From Mytilus californianus (lineage: Eukaryota): DNA of 64,000 nucleotides. The notes under the pieces were generated by a model. That model searched no databases and was not told where the DNA came from. It saw only the letters and a program-made list of their open reading frames with translations. Shown one piece after another: positions 1 to 13,700 of the stretch (position 1 is its first letter; each line of letters starts with the position of its first letter). The stretch is from contig NW_026262690.1 of assembly GCF_021869535.1 (NCBI RefSeq), positions 29,698,001 through 29,762,000 of the forward strand. The letters are read 5' to 3'. The translations under genes were made by a program, and so were the position numbers.

Positions 1-86
1 TATGCACCTGTCCTAAGTCAGGAAGGACCCTGTTGTTCAGTGGTCATCGTTTGTTGGTGTGGTTCATAGGTGTTTCTGGTTTCTCA

Positions 87-712
87 TTTTTGTCGAGCCT
101 TCGACTTTTGTCGAAATAGCGAGACATAGCGATCCTACATTCCATCGTCTGCGTCGTCGTTGTTGTCATCGGCGACGGCAACCACAAATATTCACTCTGT
201 GGTAACAGTTTTATGATCATAAGATAATATTCAAAAGTAAATTTTGTAAAAAAAGAATTCCATTTTTTCAGTATTTTACTTATAAATGACTTAGTTTTTC
301 TGCCAGGAAACATTACATTCACTCTGTGCTTAAAGTTTTTGAAATTTTAATTACTTTCTTAAACTATCCTGGATTTGTACCAAACATTGACAGAAGCATG
401 TTTATGATTATAAGCTAGTATCTACAAGGAAATTTTGTTAAAATTTTGTTCCATTTTTTCCGTATTTTACTTATAAATGGACTTAGTTTTTCTTCCAGTT
501 AACATTACACCCAGTCTGCAGTTTAAGTTTTTAAAACATTTATTAGATTCATAAACTAACCTGGATTTTTACCAAACTTGGACAGAAGCTACTTACAATC
601 AAGAGATAGTATAGAGAGGAATATTTTTATTAATTTTTTTCCTCATTTTTGTTGAGCCTGCGATTAACAGCAAAAGTAGGCGAGACACTGGGTTCCGCAG
701 ACCCCTTACAAA
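87..712 (+). mobile_element. Non-autonomous Helentron-type (HINE-like) element with internal ~170-bp repeats
   Basis: Begins tttttgtcgagccttcgac (hairpin), followed by a gtc microsatellite and internal direct repeats. Ends with a gggttccgcagaccc hairpin before a T-rich flank. Confidence 0.6.
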
Positions 713-745
713 TTTTTTTATAATGATTAGACCGTTGGTTTTCCT

Positions 746-919
746 GTTTGAATTCTTATACACTAGTCATTTTGGGGCCCTTTATAGCTTGCTGTTCGTT
801 GTGAGACAAGGCTCCGTGTTTAAGGCCGTACTTTGACCTGTAATTGTTAACTTTTTATACATTGTGACTTGGGTGGAGAGTTGACTCATTGGCACGCATA
901 CCACATCTTCTAATTTATA
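746..919 (+). repeat. Abundant dispersed repeat, left arm of an inverted pair with 3164-3337
   Basis: Family ends ...gagagttg(t/a)ctcattggca...ataccacatctt. Other copies or fragments at about 1-80, 17525-17632, 17740-18010, 37555-37860, 41625-41920 and 59290-59345. Confidence 0.75.
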
Positions 920-921
920 TT

Positions 922-1735
922 AGCAGAAAAACTGAACATTGAAAATTGAAAATTAATTGAAAGTCACTGGACCATGTCCTAGGGGACAGGGCCTCAAAAT
1001 AATCATCGAACTGATATGTACTGATATTAATGCAACTTCATACAAAATATCATTGATCTATCACAAGTAGTTCTTATCAAGCTGACTTCAGCATAAAAAC
1101 TGAACATTGAAAATTGCTAATTAATTCAAAGTCACTGGACCATGACCTAGGGGCAGGGCCTCGAAATAGTCATCAAACTAATATGTTATGATATTAATGC
1201 AACTTCTTACAAAATATCATTGATCTATCACAAGTACATCCTATCAAACTAACTTAAGCAGAAAACTTAATGTTGAAAATTGCTAATTAATTCAGTCACT
1301 TTACCATGTCCTAGGGGGCAGGGCCTCGAAATAGTCGTCAAATTGATATGTACTGATATTAATGCAACTTCATACAAAATATCATTGATCTATCACAAGA
1401 AGATCCTATCAAACTAACTTAAGCAGAAAACTTAACATTGAAAATTGCTAATTAATTCAAAGTCATTGGACCATGACTTAGGGGGCAGGGCCTCAAAATA
1501 GTCGTCAAACTGATATGTACTGATAGTAATGCAACTTCATAGTAAATATCAATGACCTATCACAAGTAGTTCCTATCAAACTAACTTAAGCAGAAAACTG
1601 AACAATTGACGTACTGCTTATAGTATCTGAGAAACAGAACTTATAAAGCTTTATACAAATAGTTTACGCCAACACAACTGCCGCCGATAGTAATCCCTAT
1701 GTCTCTCATTCTGCGACAAAGTACTGGAGGGATAA
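922..1735 (-). mobile_element. HINE-like element with 4+ copies of a ~167-bp internal satellite unit
   Basis: Unit anchor gcagaaaa(a)ct(g/t)aacattg recurs at about 924, 1091, 1258, 1423 and 1590. The end at 1650-1735 (reverse complement of tttgtcgcagaatgagagacataggg...ggcggc) resembles the start of the 33449 element. Confidence 0.65.
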
Positions 1736-1771
1736 AAATTGGTACAAAATATTTTTTTTAATAATTTAAAT

Positions 1772-3090
1772 AAAATGCTCCGCTGGGCGCAGCTTGATAC
1801 GACCACAGAGGTCGAAACCCTGAACAGTTGGGGCAAGTATGGACACAACATTCAAGCTTGATACAGCACTGAATTTGGATTGTGGATTGTGATTAAATAT
1901 TTGACACAGCATAGGTTTCTGACAGAGAATGAATGTGGTCTAAGAACTTAAAAAAAATTTAATTTACCTATTCAACCGATATCATTATTATTTGCTTTTA
2001 TATATAAATTAGAAATAACCAATTTAAAATGGAAAATTTTAAAGAAAAAAAATGAAGAAAAAAAAATCCCCCCCTCAAATTTTTTGAACCCCCTTATGAT
2101 TCATCACCCCCAAACTCAATCCCAGCCTTCCCTTTGTGGTATGGTACCTTGCAGTACAATTTCAGAGAGATCCATACACTTGAACACAAGTCACTGGAAA
2201 CTAGAAAAATGCTTGTTTTTTGGCACCTTTTGGGCCCCAAATTCCTAAATATTTAGGGCAATTACCCCCAAACTCAAACCCAGCTTTCCCTTTGAGATAT
2301 GGAACCTTGTAGTACAATTTCATAAAGATCCATACACTTACACATAAGTTATTGTCCTGAAACTAGAAAAATGCTTGTTTTTTTGTCCCTTTTTGGCCCC
2401 CAATTCCTAAAATTTTGGGGAAATTACCCCCAAAATCAATCCCAGCCTTGTCTTTGTGGTATGGTACCTTGCAGTACAATTTCAGAGAGATCCATAAACT
2501 TGAACACAAGTTATTGTCTGGAAACTAGAAAAATGCTTATTTTTGGCCCCTTTTTGGCCCCTTATTCTTAAACGTTATGGTCAATTACTCCCAAACTCAA
2601 TTCCAGCTTTCCCTTTGTGATATGGAACCTTGTAGTACAATTTCATAAAGATCCATACACTTACACACAAGTTATTGTCATGAAACTAGAAAAATGCTTG
2701 TTTTTGCCCCTTTTTTGGCCCCTAATTCCTAAAATTTTCAGGCAATTACCCCCAAAATCAATCCCAGCATTCCCTTTGTGATATGGAACCTTGTGGTAAT
2801 GTCAGAGAGATCCATACACTAACACACAAGTTATGTCTGGAAGTTACAAAAATGCTTATTTTTGGCCCCTAATTCCTTAACTGTTGATACCATAACCCCC
2901 AATCAATCCCAACCTTCCTCTTGTGGTATTGAACCTTATGGTAAAATTTCATAGAGATCCATTCACTTAAACTAAAGTAAGAGTGCGAAAACCAATGTGT
3001 CTTTGGATGACAACGACGCCGGACGACGACAACGACGCCAACGTCATACCAATATACGACCACAAAATTTTTTTTGTGGTCGTATAAAAA
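1772..3090 (-). mobile_element. HINE-like element (tatacgaccgca family), internally deleted copy
   Basis: Reverse complement of the 43568-45810 element: terminal tatacgaccacaaaa...ttttgtggtcgtata hairpin, gac/gtc microsatellite, about 7 x ~120-bp repeats, matching subterminal inverted repeat and gctccgctgggcgcagc 3' hairpin. Confidence 0.8.
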
Positions 3091-3163
3091 GTTATTTGAG
3101 AAACTGACCTGATTAAGAAACTAAATGTTGAACACTTAACAATGAAATGAGGCAGATTTCAGG

Positions 3164-3337
3164 TATAAATTAGAAGATGTGGTATGCTTGCCAATGAGTC
3201 AACTCTCCATCCAAGTCACAATGTATAAAAAGTTAACAATTACAGGTCAAAGTACGGCCTTAAACATGGAGCATCAGCTCACACCGAACAGCAAGCTATA
3301 AAGGGCATCAAAATGACTAGTGTAAAACAATTCAAAC
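3164..3337 (-). repeat. Right arm of the inverted pair with 746-919
   Basis: Reverse complement matches 746-919; the inner ~100 bp differs at about 2 positions. Confidence 0.8.
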
Positions 3338-5652
3338 TGATGGACATGCATAAATTATAATTATTCTATATACCAAATATAGTTACCTATTACCTTAAGA
3401 ATTTGTGTGATAAAAAAGACCTATTTAATGCAGAGATTGCTTTTAAAAGCCACCAAATATGATGCAAGGAATGGCATTTCCAACAAAAAGAGCTCTTCAA
3501 TGCACTAATTTTTATAAATTCAGTACAGATGTCAAAAGATGGCAATTGGTCAAATGGCCATGTGAGCGAAAAAGGTGAACATTCTAACTTCTTGATGGAA
3601 CAAATTCAATGTTTGTTTGGTAAACACAAACAAATAAAACTGACCAGCAAATACAGTTTATTTTGACTAAATATCACATTCAATAAACTGGAATGAAAAT
3701 AAACCATCATTTTTTTTAAATAGTCAAGTAATTGCCACAGATAATATTATAATTAAGTGCCAATCTGTCTAAGAATCAGTCAGTAGTGAAAAAATATATA
3801 TGAATATTCAAAACTAAAATTCATTAGACATTTTTGTTCCTAGGTTTTAATGAAAAATAATTGAATTTGTAGCCACCATTAGATGTTTTTTCATTTGGTT
3901 GTCCATTATCCATTTCATTATCTAGAAAACAGTGCCTCCAAAACTTTTTTTTTTTATTCATTTATTTTTTTATTTTTCTATCACTTTTTTATTAATTAAT
4001 TTATGAACAAATTTTTAATTGTGATTGGTTAATTATTGTGATGTTGTCATACAAAAGTTTTTTAGTTTCATTTTTATGAGAAATTTTAAAGAATAAGTGA
4101 TCAGTTTCACAAAAAATCTTACAACTAAAGTTGATTGTAAGTCATGAACTATTCAGTATACCTACTTTAGTCCTAAAACGTTTGTGAAACTGATCACAGG
4201 ACCATAACCAAACTAGTGGTAAAATTTTTACTGTTTTTGAAAACCATTATTCAAATCATAATTTATAAAATCTGTATTTTTGCCAGATTTAATGTTCCTG
4301 AATAAGACAAATAGTAAAAACTGTCTGAATGTATGACTCAATCCAAGAAATTTACAAGATGAATATTGTTTCAGAACTTTTTGAATGATCCTAAACTATT
4401 CATGCTTTGCATCGTACATCTGAGTCGTTTAAAATAATCATGTGATATGGTCATGATACCTTAAAACTAAGAATCAAAACTTTTAACTCTTATAAAATAC
4501 AGGAGAAAATAAGTTTGAAATCTAATGATTAAGTAACATTGAAAACATAAACATTTATAGTGTATTTTCTACTTTCTTTTCATTACATTTTAAGTAGCAC
4601 CAATACAATAAACAATTAGAAATATTTAATGATACATTTTGTACTAGTAAGGATATACTCTCAGATACTATAAGAATAAACCCTCTTTCATTTTTACTTT
4701 TTATCTATAATTTTATTTTATGGTCATTGTCCATTCCTTTCAACTTCATCTAATCATATTTTACTTTAAAGAAATCATCAAATCTGATGGAATTTAAATA
4801 AAATAACATTTCTCAAAACTGTGTACTCGATAATCCTCAAAAATATTTCACAAAAAACTAACAAAATTCATCAAAATATATTTCCATTAAAATTTTCAGT
4901 ACAAATCTTTCAAAAGAAAACTACTAAATACATTCGTCTGTAATACATACATGCTGTCTATAATGACATGAAACAATAGCTTATGTGGTTACATCATTTA
5001 AAGATAAATCATACTCCAAAAAAATATGGTTTTCAAAACAGTACAAAATTATAAAAAAAACCTTGGTCAAAAACCTTTTCTTGCATTTTCAATGGTTATT
5101 TAAAAAAAAAAATAGTAGACACGATAAAAACTTTACCCCAATTTATTGTAAAAACTGAAAAACATTTTGACAAGTCTTTGATCTCATAACATGCATCAAG
5201 AAAGCTGCAGGATAGGTTACTGGGATATAAACTATGTAAATTCATCAGAGAAGTCTACATTGTTGGTCAGAATGACTTAATTTTAAAGGGAAGCTGTTGT
5301 TAATTGATTGCTTGTCTGATGTTTGTTCAATGTCCAGTGGCTAATATTTCATTGACGTTTTAATTCAGAACTAGGATACTGACTGCATGTTGCTTGTGGT
5401 AAATGAGAACTGAACTGGCGCATTAAATATAACCCACTTTAGTTTGGAGACTGTTACATCCATCTAGATGCATTTTTGCACCAAGCTTTATAATTTTAGG
5501 TCACTTAGTATCCAAACACTGAACTAGGAGGTAAAGTTTAACTTAAGTCACCGGGGTATAAATTGGTAGTTTAGGATAACATAACTTTTATTTTATAAGG
5601 TATCCAAATTTTAAAAAAAGTAACGCAATATAGTGTTTATGTGAGCATTTTA

Positions 5653-5780
5653 AATGAAACCACTGACCACTGGACATTAAATAATCAATTAATCAATGAA
5701 ACCACAGACCACTGGACTTTAAATAATCAATTAATCAATGAAACCAGACCACTGGACTTTAAATAATCAATGAAACCATA
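5653..5780. repeat. ~3.3 x 42-bp minisatellite
   Basis: Unit aatgaaaccac(t/a)gaccactggac(a/t)ttaaataatcaattaatc. Confidence 0.85.
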
Positions 5781-7501
5781 GATGGTAGAAACAACTCCTG
5801 TGTTCAAATAAACATTTGGCAAATTATACTTCATGAAATTATTTCACTTACAAATCTTCAACTAAAATTATAGAAAATCAAAATTAGTCATTTCACAAGT
5901 TGTTCACATGACAATTAATGAAGTACAATAAAGTGTTACTACAAGTTCTATACCAGGTAATAATCTGTGAGGAACCATTTAAAACAGAGAGAAAAACATA
6001 GCAAAGACTCTAATGGCAGGGTGGCACAGAATGCTTTTTAAACAATGAAGAATCTTCTTTACTGAATTTGAATATATGGAAATGTAATATATAAACAATG
6101 GTTAAAACATTATACAACTCCATAATGAGAGGTGAACAACCTCAATACGTTTGCAAACTTTCTGTGAAGTTCAAAGTCGAAAATGAAAATTGGTATCAGC
6201 TTGTAAAATTTTGATCCCATCTCTGGGAAAATGAAAAAAAATCCTCGAACAATTCCATAATACAAGTGCACAACTTCAATATTTTTGCAACCATTCTGTG
6301 CAGTTTAAAGGATTTTGTTTGAAAATTGTAAGAGAAGGTGATACACAAAATAGGTACTGTCTTTTGTAAATTTTGCTTATATATGTCTCAAGTTCCTAAG
6401 TCAGGAAAACTTTGCAATAGCAATGACCAAATTCAGCATGTGTCCCAGCAAATGAGATAGTCAATGAATTTAAATAATTCTAATTACAATGATTAACAAG
6501 AGTAATGTTCCAGACAAGCCTTTCATAAGTGTTTTATTATAACTTACTGCATATTTATCAATGAGAAAAATGTAACAAGATGACATTATAAAAATAAACA
6601 AAAAGTTGAACTGTGAACTACTGCTCACTATCAACCTATGCTATAAGTATTCAGTAAACATGACTTAGATAAGTGATGGATATGAAAGTTTAACATGCTC
6701 ACAGGGAGCTTGATCCTAGCTACGATTCATAGATCCTGGGAAAACTGTGACGAAACTTTCATTAATGCCAATTATGAGTAAGAATATATAAATATTTGGT
6801 ATTGAAAATACATCATACAGTAAAGCATGCTCTCAGGAAGATTGCTACCAAATTTCAGGAAGGTGTGATTTGTAGTTACTTACTTTTCAACATTTTCAGA
6901 TATTACACATACACTGGATGATTTTTACAGCAAAATTGAAATCGATGACCTCTGTGAATTTTTTATCAGTTGAACAGAAATTTAAGATGCAAATTTTTTT
7001 CTGTGTGTGTTTTGGTGTCAAATTGTACGAATTTAAATTGTTTAATTTGATTAACTTATTTTTATTTATAAAATGTTAGAAAACTTGAACATCTACAAAC
7101 TAAGGAATATTTTTATAGAAATCCAACAGAAATTATCTCTCTTCATTATGTTTTCCTCCAATATTGCACAAATCTGAAATTGCTGATATTTCTCCATAAA
7201 TATGCCATAATGAAACTGAAATATCTTGGAAAGTAAATCATGAAGATATATTTTATTATATTTAAAAAAGTCCATATCAAAATTGAAAAAAATCAATGAT
7301 GGATATTAACTGTATCATATCCTCATATGAAGGGACTTGGTTTAATCTTTCACAAAAAAACGAATAACAGGAAAAAAAGAGGTAAATTTCAACAAGTCAC
7401 TAACGTATAAACAAAAAGGAGACTTCATAAATCAAAGACATATATCAAGAAATACATTGACTGTTCAGGTCTTATAACTTTTAAGTATAAACACAACCTA
7501 T

Positions 7502-7618
7502 AAACATGATTAAGTAATCACTCTGTTTTGTCTCACTCAAACATGATTAAGTAATCATTCTGTTTTGTCTCACTCACACATGATTAAGTAATTACTCTGT
7601 TTTGTCTCACTCACACAT
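7502..7618. repeat. 3 x 37-bp minisatellite just 3' of the Dicer stop codon
   Basis: Unit a(a/c)acatgattaagtaatcactctgttttgtctcactc. Confidence 0.88.
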
Positions 7619-7758
7619 GTGAACTAAGTATTAACTTTCCCTTTGATATTTTAATTCAGGACTTAAATTTCTCTCCAATGTCTTAGAAAAAAAGTGATAA
7701 CTTTTAAAAATGAATCTACAGTAAATTATGGCACATTTTTTTGGTTTATCAATGATAT

Positions 7759-10700
7759 TTATTGCACCAGTCCCTGAGCTTGCATAGTTTTTATTCCTCG
7801 TAAGGCTTTTTTGGCAGCAGCACTTTTAGCAATCCTATAATTTCTTCCAACACCAGTAAATACCCCTTTGCTAACAACATTCACTGATACTCGGATTTTT
7901 CCCTCTAATGTTCTCTCTGGTTTCCTGAAAAATGAAGCAAATTTTCAATTACCTTAATAGTGTTAATTTTTTGTATTTTCCCAGAATGTACATAACATGC
8001 ATAAATAGTAGTGTGGTACAGTATCTGAGTACCAGTAAAACAAAACCTACTGTTGTATTGTGAAACAGCAAAAAGTAAATCCCCATGATTTCAAAAACAG
8101 TGTATCAGGGAAACATTAGCATAAGATTTTTTATTGTTTGTGATTCGTTCATGAAAGACAATTTACTTTATATTTTTATACTTTTTTGATGGATTTCATT
8201 TTCGTTACATGTATTTAAAAGTATCTCCATTCGTATATCTACAAAAGGAATTATTTCCATGATGTGAAATTTAAAAGATTTATTGCATTCACAAAAATAC
8301 CTAAAAATTAGACCCAAACGAAAATCATATGATATAAGTCAACTACACAGCAGTGTGATCTATCTTCTAGTAAACAGTAAAGATAGACAAAAAATGTCCA
8401 AAAGGATACATTTTTTATGCACGTCATTCTATTGTCTTATCTCCTTTCTCATATTTTAGATTGCATATTTACAAATTGAAATATATTTGTATAAGTCATT
8501 GTATTCAATTTTGTTCTATGGTTAGCCATCAAAAATAAATAAAAACTTACTCAAATTTAGCTGTCTCTGGCTCCATCTCTAGAAGTTCTCTGACAGGTGA
8601 CTTAGGAATACTCTTCAGATATTTTTCTGTTGATTAAACAATTAAAAACTAAAGAGAATAGTATACTTCTACTGGTACTGTAAATTCAGAAATTATTTCG
8701 ATGTTTTTATTAATGCGAACAATGCGACTGGGCGAGTATCGCAATAATAACTTGCATTCTGATATTTGATGCATATATCTGTATGCAGCTTTTCCTGAAA
8801 TTGCAATGATTAATCTCGCATTTATGTCAATTTTTCAAAAATCGCAATAATAAATGCACACAATAATTTCTGAATTACAGTATTTCAAATTATATTCAGA
8901 GAAGATTTGGTGAAACTTTTAGATTATTACAGCTTGTCTTGTATGTCTCATAATAAATTATTCTTCTGAACCAAACATGTTTCTGTAATAAGGTTTCAAG
9001 GAACATGTATTTCTGAAAGGTAAAATGTGGTGATCAGGGTCATTGGTTGTTATTCTTAGAGTTATCTCATTATAAAAGATATCATACAGTGGTCAGGGTA
9101 TTGGCGTAAAATTATCATATGATGTGCATATTGATGATGTCATTCAGACATGAGCCTACATTAAACCAAGCTCATTTTCAGCTAAACTGATATTTAAATT
9201 CCTTGAACCATGGTTAAAATTATCCATTATTAATGTTTGACACATACTGTAAGTTGCAATATAAACATCTTATTCCCTTCCTAGTTGGATGTCAAAGATT
9301 GTTTATCTGTGAGCTCAGGTAAATTTTGTCATCTGCCATTTGCAAGGACTAAGTAAATATCAGGGGCTGATTGACTATGGCCAGAATCCCTATTATTACA
9401 GTGATAACCACACATGCATATAGCACTCACTACAGAATAATAAGTCCAATCAATGTGAAATAAATGCATCATTTTTTTTTTTAATATATTCAGATATATA
9501 GAAACTAGTTGTTATTTGTAGTGAAATATACTTGTAAACATTACTACATGTTTATCATTGGTTATAGACAATAAATTTGAAACAATATCAGTGTTATATT
9601 TTTTATAATTTCAGTTTCATGTAAAGAACATTTGTTAACCCTGCCACATGTCCCTGGAGCCAGGAGCATGTAACACAGTGATTGTTGTTGGTTGCTGACA
9701 GCCATCATTGTTTTTTCATCTTTTGTTTTAGCATAAATCAGGCTGTTTTTTTCCCCTGATAGAATTGTTTCACATCTTGATCCCACAGCCTTTTACAACT
9801 TTAAGTTTTAACCACTGAATGTTGAATCGTACATTCCTGAGGTGTCCCTGAAGTCTCCCTCCAATTTCATACTTCTCCATGTTTGGTTGCCAGGGCGAAG
9901 TCTTATCATTTTAATGTACATGGTGATAATTTCTGATGGTTTTTTTTTAATCATCCCCTTGGTGTCTTTTGACTTTTTAAACATATTGCTATCAATACCC
10001 TTTTTATTTCTTACCTATTTGTGGTTTCATAATTCTATAGTAAACCCTCCAAACTGTGTCTAAAGACATCCCACTATCCAGGTATATAGCACCAGCCAAT
10101 GATTCAAATATGTCACCTAAAGCTTTGGGAACTTCTAGTTCTACTTTCACTTCATCGTCTCCTTCTTCCTGCTTTTTAAGGAGATAAAGGATATCAGTCA
10201 ATAAAACAGCAATCCAAATATACAAATAAAAACCTCTAAAGATCAACACATCATCTTCAGCAATAAACAGTATTCTTTACAATATGTTAAGCTCTAAATT
10301 GCCAAAAATCTATTTCTAGTGTATCAAGTCTGTTTTGAAGATGCAAATATCAAATTAAAAAGTTTAAATACAATACACCATATTGGACCTTCTTAAGAAG
10401 CAGGATTCAATTCAATTCGTGTGCTGAAGTGACATTTTCTCAATTCATTTAAGTGCTAAAGTGCCTTTTTTGTAATTATTACCTGCCCTTCTCAAATCTG
10501 ACTTGAAAACTCTGTAATCATAAATCAAATCTCACCTCCTCATCTTCTAGATCAATCTCGTCTTCTCTCTCCTTCTGCCTAGTAACAAACTTTTCTATTA
10601 CATTGAACAGCGGAGGAGATATTGCCTTGAAGAACTTATGGAAGTCCCATTTAACAGCAAGTGCAGCAAATATATTATTGTTGACTAGAGCTGACCGTAA

Positions 10701-13700
10701 GTCAGTAAGTACACCGGGTGAATATTTACAAGAGTCTTCGTACAGATGTCGTGTTATCACATAATCTAATATTGCATCACCTAAAAATTCTAACCTGAAA
10801 AAGAGGAACATCTTAGGATATGGTTACAATTTTCAGAGTCAGCATTAATATGAAAGCAAAGTCACTGAGAGAGAAGAGAGCAACATATAGAGAAAAAACA
10901 TATTCAAAGAGCAAAGAATAAAAAATTCTGTAAACCAAATTTTCGCAGATTATTTTGCATTTAGTCCTTTCCAGCCGACTTCATTGCCATTTATTTTCAT
11001 GATTTTCTCATTTTCTTGATGTATTTATATAAGGGAAGACCCAAGTTTTTACATATTCAAATTATTTTTCTACTTGCAGGAAAAGTACCCCGGTAGTTCA
11101 AAGCATAATTATTGTTAACAAGGTAAATCTATTTTTAATTTGGAACTTAAAATAAAAGAAAAATTAAAGAACCTTAGTAACAATTGTGGTACAAATCTTT
11201 ACTTTACTTTTTGCCAGCAAACATAGTGCAAAAGCAAAAATTTCATTAAGAACAGTCAAACATAAGTCAAACCGTTAAAAAACACTCATTGACTCGGAGT
11301 CATTGTGCCTAAGACAGACAATGATATCCCTACTACTGAAAAAATTTGTAATTGTATAAAAAAAGGTAGCTCGTGGCTAGATGAAATATTTGACATACAT
11401 AAGCTAATCACATAGTACTAGAATACAAGTTTGTCATGATCATAATACAAAACTCAGTAAAAAATGTATTCGCCCCATTAACTATGTAAAACATATAAGA
11501 ATAAGCTTTGAAAAAAACATGAAGCAATTTAATGACAATACAAAACTTTGTTGAGATATATCAAAATTTGTAGGAGCATTTAAACGGGTGTCAAATGAAA
11601 GTACAGCTGTTATAATGACATCAAAAATAGATTCCATTTAATATCAGATTATTAATAAATAAACCAACCTTTGGTAACAGTCTGTTACTGTGTTATAATG
11701 ATATGAAGCATGAGTAAAGGCCTGTAGTAGATATGATCTGTCTTTGAAATGGTAGTGGATTTTATCCTCCAGCTTGTCAAAACCAATCAATAGATGTTGA
11801 AGCTGACTGACCGAATCTGGTTCCCCATCAAATAGTGGAGAACTAGGACATGATAATACGTGTGTGTCTATGCAACCAGTCTGAAATGTAAAAATTGCTT
11901 ACAGACATGCACTGCTTGTGTGTTGTCACTTTCTTAATTTTCTAAAAGTTTCACACTTGTTTTAAATTACATCAATGAATTTAATACAAGATTCTGACAT
12001 TATGTTATTGAGTATTTCTCTGACTATAAATTACTTTGTGGTTCAAGTGAAGTAAACAGCTTAAAGAATAAGGTGATTTCCAAGTATATCCATCTGACAT
12101 TGATTATTACTGTAAGCTGTAACAGTATACTACAAAATAAATACCTGCTCTAAAGTTTTTTTCTGAGGTAGAACTCTGAGACCCAACCATGACATGAACC
12201 TCAATGCCACTTTCTTTCCACAACTTGTGAGGTAACAACCTATCAATGACTCAACACAGTCAGCTATACTCTTGTCAGGCAAGCTATGAAGAGTCTGTAA
12301 GCAGTAGGGAATCAAACAATCTGATGAATCAGATCTATCCTCCTCTTCAACATTGGCTTGAATTTCCTTCAGTTCTTTATTAAATTCATTTTCCTCTTTT
12401 GAACAAGGGACATATTTGTCCCATCCATTTGATAAATGATGTGGATGACTGTCAATTTTAATGTCACAAAAGTTCACTGTGGAACTGCTTCCAGGTATTT
12501 TTTCTACCTTTGTTGCCAATAAGACTTTTGGCACAGGTCCTTTCCTCCTTTCTTCATTAATTAGATACCCAGGTGGTAACCAATTCTCATATGGTTCAAA
12601 TTTTGTTGAGATCATACATTCAGCTAAACCTTTCTTTTTACCAAGTCTGTACAAATTGCAATTACTAACTTGTTTGCTGCGTAAATAACTTAGCTTTCCT
12701 TCATGAACTCCAGGATATGTACAGAAAAGATAAACAGTGATAGCATACTTAAGGAATGAATCACCAATTGTCTCCAATCTTTCAAGGCTAAAAAAGTCAT
12801 TAGCATTAGACATGGTCAGGGCCTGTAAAATCATACATGGTGAAGGACCTATAAAATCTCCAGTCACCACATCAGTGTCAAATGACATCAGCTTATTTAG
12901 CTCTTCTTCTGTCACTTCTATGTCTTCTTCCTTTTTCTTCACTGGCTTTTCTCCAAAGTGTCCCACCTGATTGAACACATCCTGTTCTATAACTTGTTCT
13001 GTAGAACTGATCCCATTTTGATTGAACACATCTTGTTCTATAACTTGTTCTGTAGAACTGTTCCCATTTTGATTGAACACATCTTGTTCTATAACTTGTT
13101 CTGTAGAACTGTTCCCATTTTGATTGAACACATCCTGTTCTATAACTTGTTCTGTAGAACTGTTCCCATTTTGTTCAGTAGAATCACTGTGTGATTGATT
13201 CATTTGTATTTCGATTTCTTTGTTCATATTGTTCTCATTCTCAGATTTTGACAGCACCAATTTGTCAAATTCACAACAAACTTCAGCAGTTCGTACAGGG
13301 TTTGAAGATAAGGGCGATACAGTATTTGATGACTGACTATCTGGAATGAGTGGAATGTCTGTATCATTTGGCCAGCCATTTGCAGATACAACAGAATTAT
13401 CAGTATTTTCTTTGGTTTCTAAAGATTTATCAACATCTTGGAATGTTTCTGTGCACTTTGAGGTTTCTCCATCAACTACATTAATAACATTAGTATGATT
13501 AAAATCATCTTTCACCTGACTATTAATATCACAACCATTACCACTGAAAGACTTTTCTAAACTTTTCCCTGGTTGATCCACTTCATCATCATCAGACTGT
13601 TCAGTGGAGGGATTCATGTCCAGAGGAATATCATCAGTTTCTTCATCTTTGAGAAAAGAGAAGCTCAAAGCATCATAGATAAATCCCTGAGGAATTGAGG

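Noticed and set aside
44-3063. Short ORFs with poly-Thr or poly-Val (44-322, 1651-1851, 2371-2571, 2869-3063)
   Set aside because: All lie in HINE termini or gtc microsatellites that recur elsewhere in the window.
12461-13194. Plus-strand ORFs including the repeated [13 protein letters not shown] peptide
   Set aside because: Antisense reading of Dicer exon 11 and its 51-nt repeat.
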